A program made the position numbers and the translations under genes. Positions 31,204 through 39,753 of a stretch of DNA of 64,000 bases are shown piece after piece. Positions within the stretch are counted from its first letter, which is position 1. The number at the start of each line of letters is the position of its first letter. The notes under the pieces are model-generated. The model was given only the letters and a program-made list of their open reading frames with translations. It was not told the DNA's origin and searched no databases. The DNA comes from Alphaproteobacteria bacterium (GTDB taxonomy: Bacteria; Pseudomonadota; Alphaproteobacteria; JAQWUY01): positions 1,887,809 through 1,951,808 of the forward strand of contig OZ254962.1 in NCBI GenBank assembly GCA_965276005.1, given 5' to 3'.

Positions 31204-34200
31204 GTGGCAAAAACAGCAACATTTATACTGGGTATAGTCATCGCCACCACCGCGCAAGCCAACAAAATACAGTTGCAAGGGGATAGTGCCATATACAACA
31301 GACAACAAAATACCTTGATACTGGATAAAAATGCTTCGGCAAAAAATGCAGAGGGGGTGGTGACTTCGAACAAAATTATATACAATCAAAACACGGACAT
31401 TGTAACCGCTACGGGCAACGCCTATTTTATCTCGTCAAATGTCGATCGACCGATTACCTTAAATGCGGATACGCTTATTTATAACCAAAAAAACAGCGTA
31501 TTGACCCTAAAAACCAACGCCCAAGCCCAAAACAATACGGTAATATTACAATCGACATATGTAACTTATGACGGTAAAAACAATATGTTGACAACACAGG
31601 GCAATACTGTATTTACCTCTAAAACCGATACCATTGTCCTACGGGGGGAAAATGCCACATACGATGGCACCCAACAGCTGTTGCAGCTTTATAAAAACGC
31701 CCAAGCGGAAAATGAACACGCTGTATTACAATCAAACGCCTTGCTATACAATCAAAAAAGCCAAGTGATAGAAACCACCGGCAATACCGTATTTCGTGCC
31801 AAAAACAGTCCCATCATCCTGCAAGGGGAAGACGCTGTGTACGATCGCAACGCACAAACCCTTGTGCTAAACAAAAACGCCCAAGCGGAAAATGAGACCG
31901 CCTTATTACAATCAAACCGTCTGTCTTACGACCAAATAAACGATGTGATTAACACGACAGATAACACGGTATTTACTTCGAAATCAGATGCGACTGTACT
32001 CAAAGGCAACCAAGCGGTGTATGATCGCAAACAGCAATTTATCGTACTCGACAAAGGGGCTAGTGCGGAAAATGCCGATAGCCTATTAACAGCCGATAAA
32101 ATCACCTACGATCAAAACACCAATATCATGGACGCAAAAGGCAAAGTATACTACAGCAACAAGGACATAAACACAAAAAACCGTTTAACCTTAGCCGGCA
32201 ATATAGCACAATACAATGGCAATATGCGTACCCTCATCGTGCAAGACAATACCCGTGCCAAAGGGGCAAAAGGGGAAATGACATCCGATAGCATCGTATA
32301 TGACGAATCGACCGACTTGGTACAGGCAGCAGGCAATGTACAGTACAAAGACACACAGGGTAACATCAGCACTATGGATACCTTAAAATCAAATATCGCT
32401 TTCGATACCATGAGTGGTACCAACATTCAACGCACCTTGCAAAATAATGTGCTGGTTTCTGCCCAAGTTTTTAAAACCTATCCCAACGGCAATATGGAAG
32501 TGGAAAAAGGCACCTATACATCCTGTTTGGTACCAGAGGGAGAAACAATCCCCACTTGGCTACTAAGGGCGGAAAATGTTACCCTCGATGCAGAAGATGA
32601 AAATATTGTCTTTACAAATTCTCGCATGGAATTGGCGGGCGTTCCTGTGTACTATTGGCCGTATTTGGAACAACCCACACCAGATGTGATAAAAAGAGAC
32701 GGATGGCTGATCCCCGATATAGGCACCACCAGCACAATCGGTCTGTTTGTAAAAGCACATTATTATCAATCAAACAGCGACAATTCAGATATGATCGTAA
32801 CCCCCATTTACACCACCCGCAGAGGACAAGGATTAGAAATATCCTATCGTAAAAATGGCAATAACAGTATCACCCGAAACAACATATCAGTGATGCAAGA
32901 TACCGATGTAGATGTCGAAGACAGTGCACAGGGGCATTGGTTTGCGTCTTATGTCAAAAATGCAAGCAATGGCTGGCAATATAAACTGGATCACCAAAAT
33001 GTGACGGAAAAATCGTACTTCAAAACTTATACCCTGCTCAACAAAGCCATCCAAGACAACTTACGCAGTGGAGCAACCGCAACCAAAATTAACCAAAGCT
33101 CCGTCCTTGCCATCGACACCGCATCGTATCGTGATGTGCGACAAGACGCACAACCGGTCACCACTTTATTACCGAGTATACAATATGAAAAAGCCTTTCA
33201 AAGTGCCAACGGCAACAACAATATAAACATCAAAACCATCGTCCGATCTATGCAAAAGCGAGGGCTGCTAAAATCCCATACCGCATCGACAACCGTTACC
33301 TATTCCCGCCCGTTTGTCAGCAAACAGGGGCTGGTTATCAAAACCGATATAAGCGGACGGGGGGACGCATACAACTACCGATATTACAAATCTACCATAA
33401 TAGATGGCAGGGATCGTACAATAGGCACTTTGAATCGCTTTACCCCTATGGCAAGCGTGGTGGTATCCTATCCATTAATCGTAGAAAATCAATACAATGT
33501 ACCAAAAAACCGTCAGGTTATTTTGGAACCTGTGGCAGGTGTATTTATATCGCAGCCAAAAGAAAACCCCGATTGGTTACCCAACAACGACACCGTAGAT
33601 TTTGAGCTGGACGAATCCAATCTGTTCTCCAATAATCGCTATGCGGGGGTGGATAAAATCGATACGGGACACCGCTATTCCTATGGCAGCCGCTTAAAAA
33701 TATGGCAAGACGATGCGTATATCCAAGCGTTCTTAGGACAAAATATCACCCGTGCGGTTCAAAACCCCTTATCAGACTTTATCGGTAGCCTGTACGCCAA
33801 GTGGCAAAATATCGACATGTATGCAAATTTTGAACTGGACAGCGATGATTTTAGCACCAGAAAAATAGAATCAAATGTGGAATACATACGGGAAAAATAT
33901 ACACTTAGTGGGGGCTATACAAAAATCAACCCCCGTGAAACATCGCAACTACAATCCATAGCACAAACAAAAATGGGTGTTGCCTATCACATCAATACTC
34001 GATGGCGATTAACCACAGAACACAGCTACGAATTTGAAGAAAGTAAAAAAGGTCTGATTCGTCAGTCACTGGGCTTAGAATACAATACAGACTGTGGATG
34101 TTTTGCCGCCAGCTTGCAATACAAACAAGATTATTCAAAATCCAGAAGCACCCCAGACAAATCGCTGTTTATCCAAATGAAGTTCCGTGAAGTGGGCAAC

Positions 34201-34218
34201 TTTCAAGAACAATTTTAA
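31204..34218 (+). CDS. lptD: LPS-assembly protein LptD with expanded, internally repeated N-terminal (OstA-like) region
   Basis: C-terminal OstA_C/LptD barrel region (…WPYLEQPTPD…GYTKINPRE…) ending in Phe. Start is probably GTG 31204 right after the lptG stop. N-terminus VAKTATFILGIVIATTAQA is a signal peptide. The track ORF 30862.. is an over-extension into lptG. Confidence 0.8.
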   Translation: MAKTATFILGIVIATTAQANKIQLQGDSAIYNRQQNTLILDKNASAKNAEGVVTSNKIIYNQNTDIVTATGNAYFISSNVDRPITLNADTLIYNQKNSVLTLKTNAQAQNNTVILQSTYVTYDGKNNMLTTQGNTVFTSKTDTIVLRGENATYDGTQQLLQLYKNAQAENEHAVLQSNALLYNQKSQVIETTGNTVFRAKNSPIILQGEDAVYDRNAQTLVLNKNAQAENETALLQSNRLSYDQINDVINTTDNTVFTSKSDATVLKGNQAVYDRKQQFIVLDKGASAENADSLLTADKITYDQNTNIMDAKGKVYYSNKDINTKNRLTLAGNIAQYNGNMRTLIVQDNTRAKGAKGEMTSDSIVYDESTDLVQAAGNVQYKDTQGNISTMDTLKSNIAFDTMSGTNIQRTLQNNVLVSAQVFKTYPNGNMEVEKGTYTSCLVPEGETIPTWLLRAENVTLDAEDENIVFTNSRMELAGVPVYYWPYLEQPTPDVIKRDGWLIPDIGTTSTIGLFVKAHYYQSNSDNSDMIVTPIYTTRRGQGLEISYRKNGNNSITRNNISVMQDTDVDVEDSAQGHWFASYVKNASNGWQYKLDHQNVTEKSYFKTYTLLNKAIQDNLRSGATATKINQSSVLAIDTASYRDVRQDAQPVTTLLPSIQYEKAFQSANGNNNINIKTIVRSMQKRGLLKSHTASTTVTYSRPFVSKQGLVIKTDISGRGDAYNYRYYKSTIIDGRDRTIGTLNRFTPMASVVVSYPLIVENQYNVPKNRQVILEPVAGVFISQPKENPDWLPNNDTVDFELDESNLFSNNRYAGVDKIDTGHRYSYGSRLKIWQDDAYIQAFLGQNITRAVQNPLSDFIGSLYAKWQNIDMYANFELDSDDFSTRKIESNVEYIREKYTLSGGYTKINPRETSQLQSIAQTKMGVAYHINTRWRLTTEHSYEFEESKKGLIRQSLGLEYNTDCGCFAASLQYKQDYSKSRSTPDKSLFIQMKFREVGNFQEQF
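31261..32356 (+). repeat. Seven tandem ~52-aa (~156-bp) repeats within lptD
   Basis: Repeat pattern 'L.L.KNAQAEN...LQSN.L.YNQ....I.TTGNTVF.SK.D' occurs seven times (e.g. LTLKTNAQAQNNTVILQSTYVTYDGKNNMLTTQGNTVF; LQLYKNAQAENEHAVLQSNALLYNQKSQVIETTGNTVF). Confidence 0.7.
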
Positions 34219-34219
34219 A

Positions 34220-35062
34220 ATGATTATCGACGCTATTAACGCCTTGCCCAGTCTGCAACAAACCGTACGGGATTTTCACTTGAGTCCCCAAAAAAAGTGG
34301 GGGCAAAATTTTTTATACGATATGAACATCACCCACAAAATCGTTCGCTGTGCCGGCGATGTCCGCAGCGGCACAGTGATCGAAGTGGGACCCGGACCGG
34401 GGGGACTAACCCGTGCCATACTGATGGCAGGGGCAACAGATGTGATCGCCATCGACAGGGATATACGGGCGGTACACGCCTTGACACCCCTAGTAAATGC
34501 CAGTGACAATATGTTACAGGTACAACACGGCAATGCGGGACACGCTGACATTTGGCATATGGGATCCGCCCCCCGGCACATTATTGCCAACCTGCCGTAC
34601 AATGTGGGTACACAGCTGTTGTTGTCGTGGATAAAGCACCGCCAACACTTTGCCAAAATGACCCTGATGTTTCAAAAAGAAGTCGCCGAACGCATCACCG
34701 CCCCACAGGGACACAAACACTATGGCAGGCTTGCCGTACTGTGCAACTGGGCGTGTCATACACAAATTGCCATGACCCTGCCCCCCAGTGCATTCACCCC
34801 GCCACCTAAGGTAGACAGTGCCGTAGTAACCTTAATCCCCCGTGCCATTCCCCTAGGCAGGTGCAGTTTACACAGCTTGGAAACAATCACCAAAGCCGCT
34901 TTTGGACAACGGCGAAAAATGCTCCGTTCCTCGTTAAAATCGCTGGCGGTCGATTCGCTGGCGTTACTAGAACACTGCAACATTGCCGCCACACTTAGGG
35001 CAGAAGAACTGCACATACAACAATTCTGTGCATTGGCAAAAGCCTATGAGGCGATGGTATAA
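34220..35062 (+). CDS. rsmA: 16S rRNA (adenine1518/1519-N6) dimethyltransferase
   Basis: 'GQNFLYD...', 'VIEVGPGPGGLT', 'ANLPYNV' KsgA motifs. Follows lptD as in the conserved lptD-surA-pdxA-ksgA region. Start MIIDAINAL. Confidence 0.9.
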   Translation: MIIDAINALPSLQQTVRDFHLSPQKKWGQNFLYDMNITHKIVRCAGDVRSGTVIEVGPGPGGLTRAILMAGATDVIAIDRDIRAVHALTPLVNASDNMLQVQHGNAGHADIWHMGSAPRHIIANLPYNVGTQLLLSWIKHRQHFAKMTLMFQKEVAERITAPQGHKHYGRLAVLCNWACHTQIAMTLPPSAFTPPPKVDSAVVTLIPRAIPLGRCSLHSLETITKAAFGQRRKMLRSSLKSLAVDSLALLEHCNIAATLRAEELHIQQFCALAKAYEAMV

Positions 35063-35263
35063 TCAAAATTATAGGGAAAATTATATAAAATGATACCGTC
35101 TTGGTATACTGTATAATTTTCGTTTTGTGGGATGCATCGTGAGGTTTAAGGGGCTAACGCCCCTCGCTCGTATGATGTTGATTTTGCCGTACTGCGTACG
35201 ACAAAATACAACACTCGTTACCCCGCTCTGCGCCACAATGCCACTGCGTGGCAAGCAGTGGCA

Positions 35264-35288
35264 AGCGGTTGCAACCGCTTTTAATATA
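35264..35288 (+). terminator. Rho-independent terminator after rsmA (palindrome GCGGTTGCAACCGC plus a T-run)
   Basis: gcggttgcaaccgcTTTTaat. A second hairpin GGGGCtaacGCCCC sits at 35151-35164. Confidence 0.55.
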
Positions 35289-35336
35289 CTCCACAAACAA
35301 TCGGTTATATAAACTTCACCATCTTACAAAAAACCT

Positions 35337-36335
35337 CTATTTATACTTACGGCGATTATTAAACAGCTGATCTAACTTGGCATTGGGGGCAAAGTGTTTT
35401 GTATTTACCTGTTTCCAACCGCCAAACGCCGTATCAATATCGTACAATTTCACCGCAGGGAAATTGTCCGCATACTTGTTCGATACCACAGGGTGATTTA
35501 CCCGGTTGTTAAATTGGGCAATAATTTCTTGTCCTGCCTCAGAATATAGAAAGTCTAGATACGCTTTTGCCTGTTGTGTGGTACCTTTTTTTTGTGCCAC
35601 TTTATCGACAACTGAGATGGGAAATTCCGCCTTTAAAGAAGTTTTTGGCACAATCCGTTGGTATGTATCCGCCCCTTCTTTGGCGATAATATTTACCACT
35701 TCTGCCTCAAAAGTTACCAATACATCGCCAATTTTACGGTCGGTAAAGGTGGTGGTTGCCCCCCGTCCGCCCGTGTCGAAAACCTTGACCCTCGAAAACA
35801 GTCGACTTATGAAAGCGTCTGTTTTTGCACCTTCGCCATAATTTTCAACCCCATACGCATACGCCGCCAAGTATGTATAACGGGCGTTACCAGAAGTTTT
35901 CGGATTGGGAAAAATCACATCCACATCCGATCGAGCCAAATCAGACCAGTCTTGAATGTTTTTCGGATTCCCCTTTCGTACCAAAAACGCCGGCAGCGAA
36001 TAATAAGGCGAAGCGTTATTTGCCAGTCGCCCTTGCCAATCCGCATCGACAAAGCCTTTTTCCGCCAAAATATCGATGTCCTTCCACTGGTTAAAAGTCA
36101 CCACATCCGCCCCCAAACCCTGTAAAATTGCTCGTGCTTGTTTGCTGGTACCCGCATGGGATTGCTTAATCGCAATATCATCGCCGGTTTTTGCTTTATA
36201 GTCGGCAACAAACGCCGGGTTAATAGTTGCAAACAATTCCCGAGCAATATCATAAGACGCATTCAACAAAGTCGTCGCAGAAGCCGAAGTAACCAACCCA
36301 ATCGCCACAACAGTAGAGAAAAATATTTTTTTCAT
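35337..36335 (-). CDS. sbp: Sulfate/thiosulfate ABC transporter substrate-binding protein
   Basis: 332 aa with signal peptide MKKIFFSTVVAIGLVTSASA. Sbp/CysP family-like throughout. Confidence 0.85.
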   Translation of the reverse strand: MKKIFFSTVVAIGLVTSASATTLLNASYDIARELFATINPAFVADYKAKTGDDIAIKQSHAGTSKQARAILQGLGADVVTFNQWKDIDILAEKGFVDADWQGRLANNASPYYSLPAFLVRKGNPKNIQDWSDLARSDVDVIFPNPKTSGNARYTYLAAYAYGVENYGEGAKTDAFISRLFSRVKVFDTGGRGATTTFTDRKIGDVLVTFEAEVVNIIAKEGADTYQRIVPKTSLKAEFPISVVDKVAQKKGTTQQAKAYLDFLYSEAGQEIIAQFNNRVNHPVVSNKYADNFPAVKLYDIDTAFGGWKQVNTKHFAPNAKLDQLFNNRRKYK

Positions 36336-36656
36336 GTTTAGTTTCCTTATATTAAAATACAGTGTAAAAAATAATAATTTGGCATATCACAGTCAAATTA
36401 AGTACAATTATAAGCAAAATATTTTATTATGCAACAATAAAATATATTTTTATTTTAATTACACTTTTTTTATGTTTAATGTAGATGTAGCATTTACGAA
36501 AGTGTGATTTTATTCCATACTAACGGATTATACTCTTTATGCGTACAAATACGACACACCTATCAACAAAAAACACAGCAAATAAAATACATACAAAAAA
36601 TGTTTGATTTTTGCCATAAACGCATGTATAAGGTCAGTGGCAAACCAAAAAGCACC

Positions 36657-36731
36657 GCCGTCGTAGCTCAGTGGTAGAGCGCGTCATTGGTAATGACGAG
36701 GTCGGAAGTTCAATTCTTCTCGACGGCACCA
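36657..36731 (+). tRNA. tRNA-Thr (anticodon GGU), CCA encoded
   Basis: Acceptor stem GCCGTCG/CGACGGC, U8-A9, D-stem GCTC/GAGC, anticodon stem CGTCA/TGACG with loop TTGGTAA (anticodon GGT), T-arm GGAAG-TTCAATT-CTTCT, discriminator A, CCA. 75 nt. Confidence 0.9.
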
Positions 36732-36941
36732 TTTAAAAAGTGTTGTAAATCAATATGTTAAATTCTATTTTGAATTTTTAAACCTTCCATTTTTAAATCT
36801 AATTTTTTGACTTGTACCGACAGAATACCTTGCCACAAAGGTGCATATGGGGTGCATAATCGAGTGTTTTTTTTGATATTGTGTGCATTTAGTATAAATT
36901 ATACCTTGCAATTTGTATAATTTTCATGCAAAATACAAGGT

Positions 36942-38111
36942 ATGTTAAAGCGATATATTACAGATTTTGTACATAAAAGTGTATCCCAAATGCCGGCGGT
37001 GGCGTTGTTGGGGGCTCGGCAAGTGGGGAAGACTACGCTTGCTAAGACCTTTATGGCGGATGGGAATGCCATTTATATGGACTTGGAAAATCCTCGGGAC
37101 TTGTTACGGCTCGACGACCCTTTGGCGTTTTTTGCGGAACATGCGGACAAGTTGATTATTCTGGACGAAATCCAACGCATGCCCAATATGTTTACGACCC
37201 TGCGAGGGATGATTGATACCAACCGTGCTAACGGTCGTAGGGTTGGACAGTTCTTATTATTAGGCTCTGCATCTATGGATTTAATGCGTCAATCGTCCGA
37301 AAGTCTTGCCGGTCGTGTGCGGTATGTACATATGGGCGGATTAAATGTACTGGAAATCGGGAAAAGCCGTCAAGATATGAATCGCCTGCTACTGCGGGGG
37401 GGATTTCCCGAAAGTTACTTAGCGGTCGATGACAGTTCGGCTATGGATTGGGTGCATGATTTAATAAGTACTTATCTGGAACGGGACATTCCGCAAATGG
37501 GCTTTAATGTACCTGCAGACAGGTTGCGGAGATTGTGGGCTATGCTTGCCCATTTGCAAGGGGAAACGGTTAATGTCAGCACCTTAGCCACCAATTTGGA
37601 AGTACAACGGGCAACTGTCAATCACTATTTGGATATTTTAACTGATTTATTATTAGTTCGTAAATTACAACCGTATCACGCCAATGTAAAAAAACGCCTA
37701 GTAAAATCCCCCCGATACTATATTCGGGACACGGGCATACAAAATTGTTTGTTGGGCATAGAAAATCACGATGCGTTATTATCCAACCCCATACTAGGCA
37801 AATCATGGGAAGCGTTCATCATAGAAAACATCCACTCTGTCCTGCCGAAACGGGCAGAAACATACTTTTACCGCACGCAAGCAGGGGCAGAAATAGATCT
37901 CATCATAAAATTCCCCACAGGCGACATCTGGGCAATCGAAATAAAATACGGACAATCCCCAAAAATCAGCAAACATTTTCATACGACCTGTCAAGACATA
38001 GGGGCAACCCAAAAATACATCATATACGGCGGGAACGATACATTCCCCATCAGAAATGGCGTTGTTATGACAGGGGTAAAGGCGTTTATGGAAAGACTTG
38101 GGGAATACTAA
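36942..38111 (+). CDS. AAA ATPase (AAA_14-like) with C-terminal DUF4143 / PD-(D/E)xK-like domain
   Basis: Walker A 'GARQVGKTT', Walker B 'LIILDEIQ'. C-terminal 'GAEIDLIIKFPTGDIWAIEIKYG' is a PD-(D/E)xK nuclease-like motif. Typical DUF4143-family ATPase. Confidence 0.8.
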   Translation: MLKRYITDFVHKSVSQMPAVALLGARQVGKTTLAKTFMADGNAIYMDLENPRDLLRLDDPLAFFAEHADKLIILDEIQRMPNMFTTLRGMIDTNRANGRRVGQFLLLGSASMDLMRQSSESLAGRVRYVHMGGLNVLEIGKSRQDMNRLLLRGGFPESYLAVDDSSAMDWVHDLISTYLERDIPQMGFNVPADRLRRLWAMLAHLQGETVNVSTLATNLEVQRATVNHYLDILTDLLLVRKLQPYHANVKKRLVKSPRYYIRDTGIQNCLLGIENHDALLSNPILGKSWEAFIIENIHSVLPKRAETYFYRTQAGAEIDLIIKFPTGDIWAIEIKYGQSPKISKHFHTTCQDIGATQKYIIYGGNDTFPIRNGVVMTGVKAFMERLGEY

Positions 38112-38150
38112 CACCTTGCTTTAACCGTCTGTTTACCATACTTTTTTAAA

Positions 38151-38865
38151 GGGCTGTACCAGATAACTAGCCTAAATATTTTTTAGTCCACTGTTTTTTT
38201 TGTGATTTAAAACCACTGTGATTAAATCGCCACTCACATTCTTTCAAGTATAGCACGAAATTCTGCTTAGAAATACTATTATATGTACGCATATGGCGTT
38301 TAGCTTGGTTCCAAAAATTTTCAATGCCATTTATGTGATTATCACCATCTGCAAACTCTGTGCTATGGTTAATCCGCATATGGTGAAAATCTGTAACATC
38401 CAAAGCATTATATCCTTTCCAACCATCACTATATACGATACTATCAGGAACAACTTTGCTTTCAATAATTGGTATTAAAGTATCACCACTTGCATCAGGT
38501 ATCATTTGCGTATAAACCTTTTCGCCCCTTTTAAGTAAGCCAAATACAGGTGTTTTCGCCTTCGCACCCCGCCCCCTTTTTCCTTTACGGCTACCACCGA
38601 AATAACTCTCGTCAACTTCTATTTTACCACCAAAATAATTACTGCCTTGCTGTTCCATTTCATAGAAAATTATCTCTCTTAAACGATGAAAATAATATGC
38701 TGAGGTCTTATGATTAACACCTATCAATTCATTGGCACAACGAGCTGTCGTTCCTGCAACAAAGTGTTCAATTAATTGCTCTTGCTTATACCAACTTATC
38801 CGACTTTTTTTAAATAATCTATCCATAATAACAACCTATCATAAGTTAGTTATCTGGTACAGCCC
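38151..38865. mobile_element. IS1595-family insertion sequence (compact, ~715 bp) with 19-bp perfect terminal inverted repeats
   Basis: Left IR GGGCTGTACCAGATAACTA (38151-38169). Right IR is its reverse complement TAGTTATCTGGTACAGCCC (38847-38865). Encloses the single transposase ORF. Confidence 0.75.
38167..38826 (-). CDS. IS1595-family transposase (N-terminal zinc-ribbon-like region plus DDE domain)
   Basis: 219 aa. '…YSDGWKGYNALD…HMRINHSTEF…GIENFWNQAKRHM…' is the DDE_Tnp_IS1595 pattern. Confidence 0.8.
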   Translation of the reverse strand: MDRLFKKSRISWYKQEQLIEHFVAGTTARCANELIGVNHKTSAYYFHRLREIIFYEMEQQGSNYFGGKIEVDESYFGGSRKGKRGRGAKAKTPVFGLLKRGEKVYTQMIPDASGDTLIPIIESKVVPDSIVYSDGWKGYNALDVTDFHHMRINHSTEFADGDNHINGIENFWNQAKRHMRTYNSISKQNFVLYLKECEWRFNHSGFKSQKKQWTKKYLG

Positions 38866-38952
38866 CAAATTTTAATTTCATGCTTTGCTCTTCTGTATGG
38901 AGCACCGAATCTTTATCTAGTGCTAATCGTCTTGTGTCAAACTATGCTGACA

Positions 38953-39129
38953 CTAATTGCTTTGAGTTAAGTCTAATTCACCATCAGCAACGGCTAATAA
39001 CAAATTAAATACATAAACAGTTGGTTTTCTGCCTGATCCTTTTTCTAACACAGATATTAAATTTTCATCTACTAGTTTCCTCAGAATACTATTTGCGGTT
39101 TCCCTGCTCTTAATATCTGCAACTTCCAT
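38953..39129 (-). pseudogene. Remnant encoding a Fic-family-like C-terminal winged-helix segment
   Basis: 'SRETANSILRKLVDENLISVLEKGSGRKPTVYVF' matches the C-terminal wHTH pattern of Fic/DOC proteins. No Fic core upstream. The 5' part of track ORF 38953..39384 overlaps the cysJ remnant and looks spurious. Confidence 0.3.
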
Positions 39130-39238
39130 GAAGTTACTTGAATTGATAATTGGAAATCTAAAAAACGCATCCAATGCCCCGATAACAGATGGAGAGTGGG
39201 TTGTTTCAGTAAACTTTTGTTTCATCATTTCATGCGTT

Positions 39239-39616
39239 CTTAGAACCAATGCGTGTGGGGACAATTGGCTGTTTTTTGGCGATCGCACCGAAGCCAACGA
39301 TTTTTTATACAGTGAAACCTTAACCACATGGGAAAAACAAGGCAAACTGCGGCTGTCCTTGGCATGGTCCCGTGACCCTAACACCCCAAAAACCTATGTA
39401 CAAGACCTGATGTTACAACAGGGCGAAGACATTTTTAAACAACTTGAGAAGGGGGCATACTTTTACATTTGCGGTGATGCATCGAAAATGGCAAAAGATG
39501 TGGACGCCGCCTTATTAGAAATCGTATCGACACACGGAGCTATGGCAATAGAAAAAGCCACCGCATACATTAACGACCTAAAAAAGAATAAACGCTATGT
39601 GCGCGATGTGTATTAA
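39239..39616 (+). pseudogene. cysJ: 3' remnant of sulfite reductase (NADPH) flavoprotein gene cysJ (FAD/NADPH-binding C-terminus only)
   Basis: 'WLFFGDRTEANDFLY…YFYICGDASKMAKDVDAALLEIV…RYVRDVY*' reproduces the CysJ / cytochrome-P450-reductase C-terminal end (...RYQRDVY). The N-terminal ~430 aa are absent. Confidence 0.7.
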
Positions 39617-39637
39617 AGTGACCATAGTATCGCTGCA

Positions 39638-39659
39638 ACAAAAAAGTAATCAGACGACC
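39638..39659. repeat. Left copy of ~22-bp imperfect direct repeat flanking the MTase/DUF262-HNH cassette
   Basis: ACAAAAAAGTAATCAGACGACC versus the right copy ACAAAAACAGCAATCAGACGACC (42132-42154). The 12-mer AATCAGACGACC is shared perfectly. Confidence 0.7.
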
Positions 39660-39753
39660 TTTAGGAATTTTTATACATAACTCCGAAAGCCCATCCCCAT
39701 AAATTGCTACTATATGAACGGAATTTCACCTATATTCCATAAAATATCGACTG

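Noticed and set aside
39130-39384. The N-terminal half of minus-strand ORF 38953..39384
   Set aside because: It overlaps the plus-strand cysJ remnant, whose homology is clear. Only the C-terminal roughly 58 codons show protein-like similarity (a Fic C-terminal wHTH), so it is treated as a remnant.
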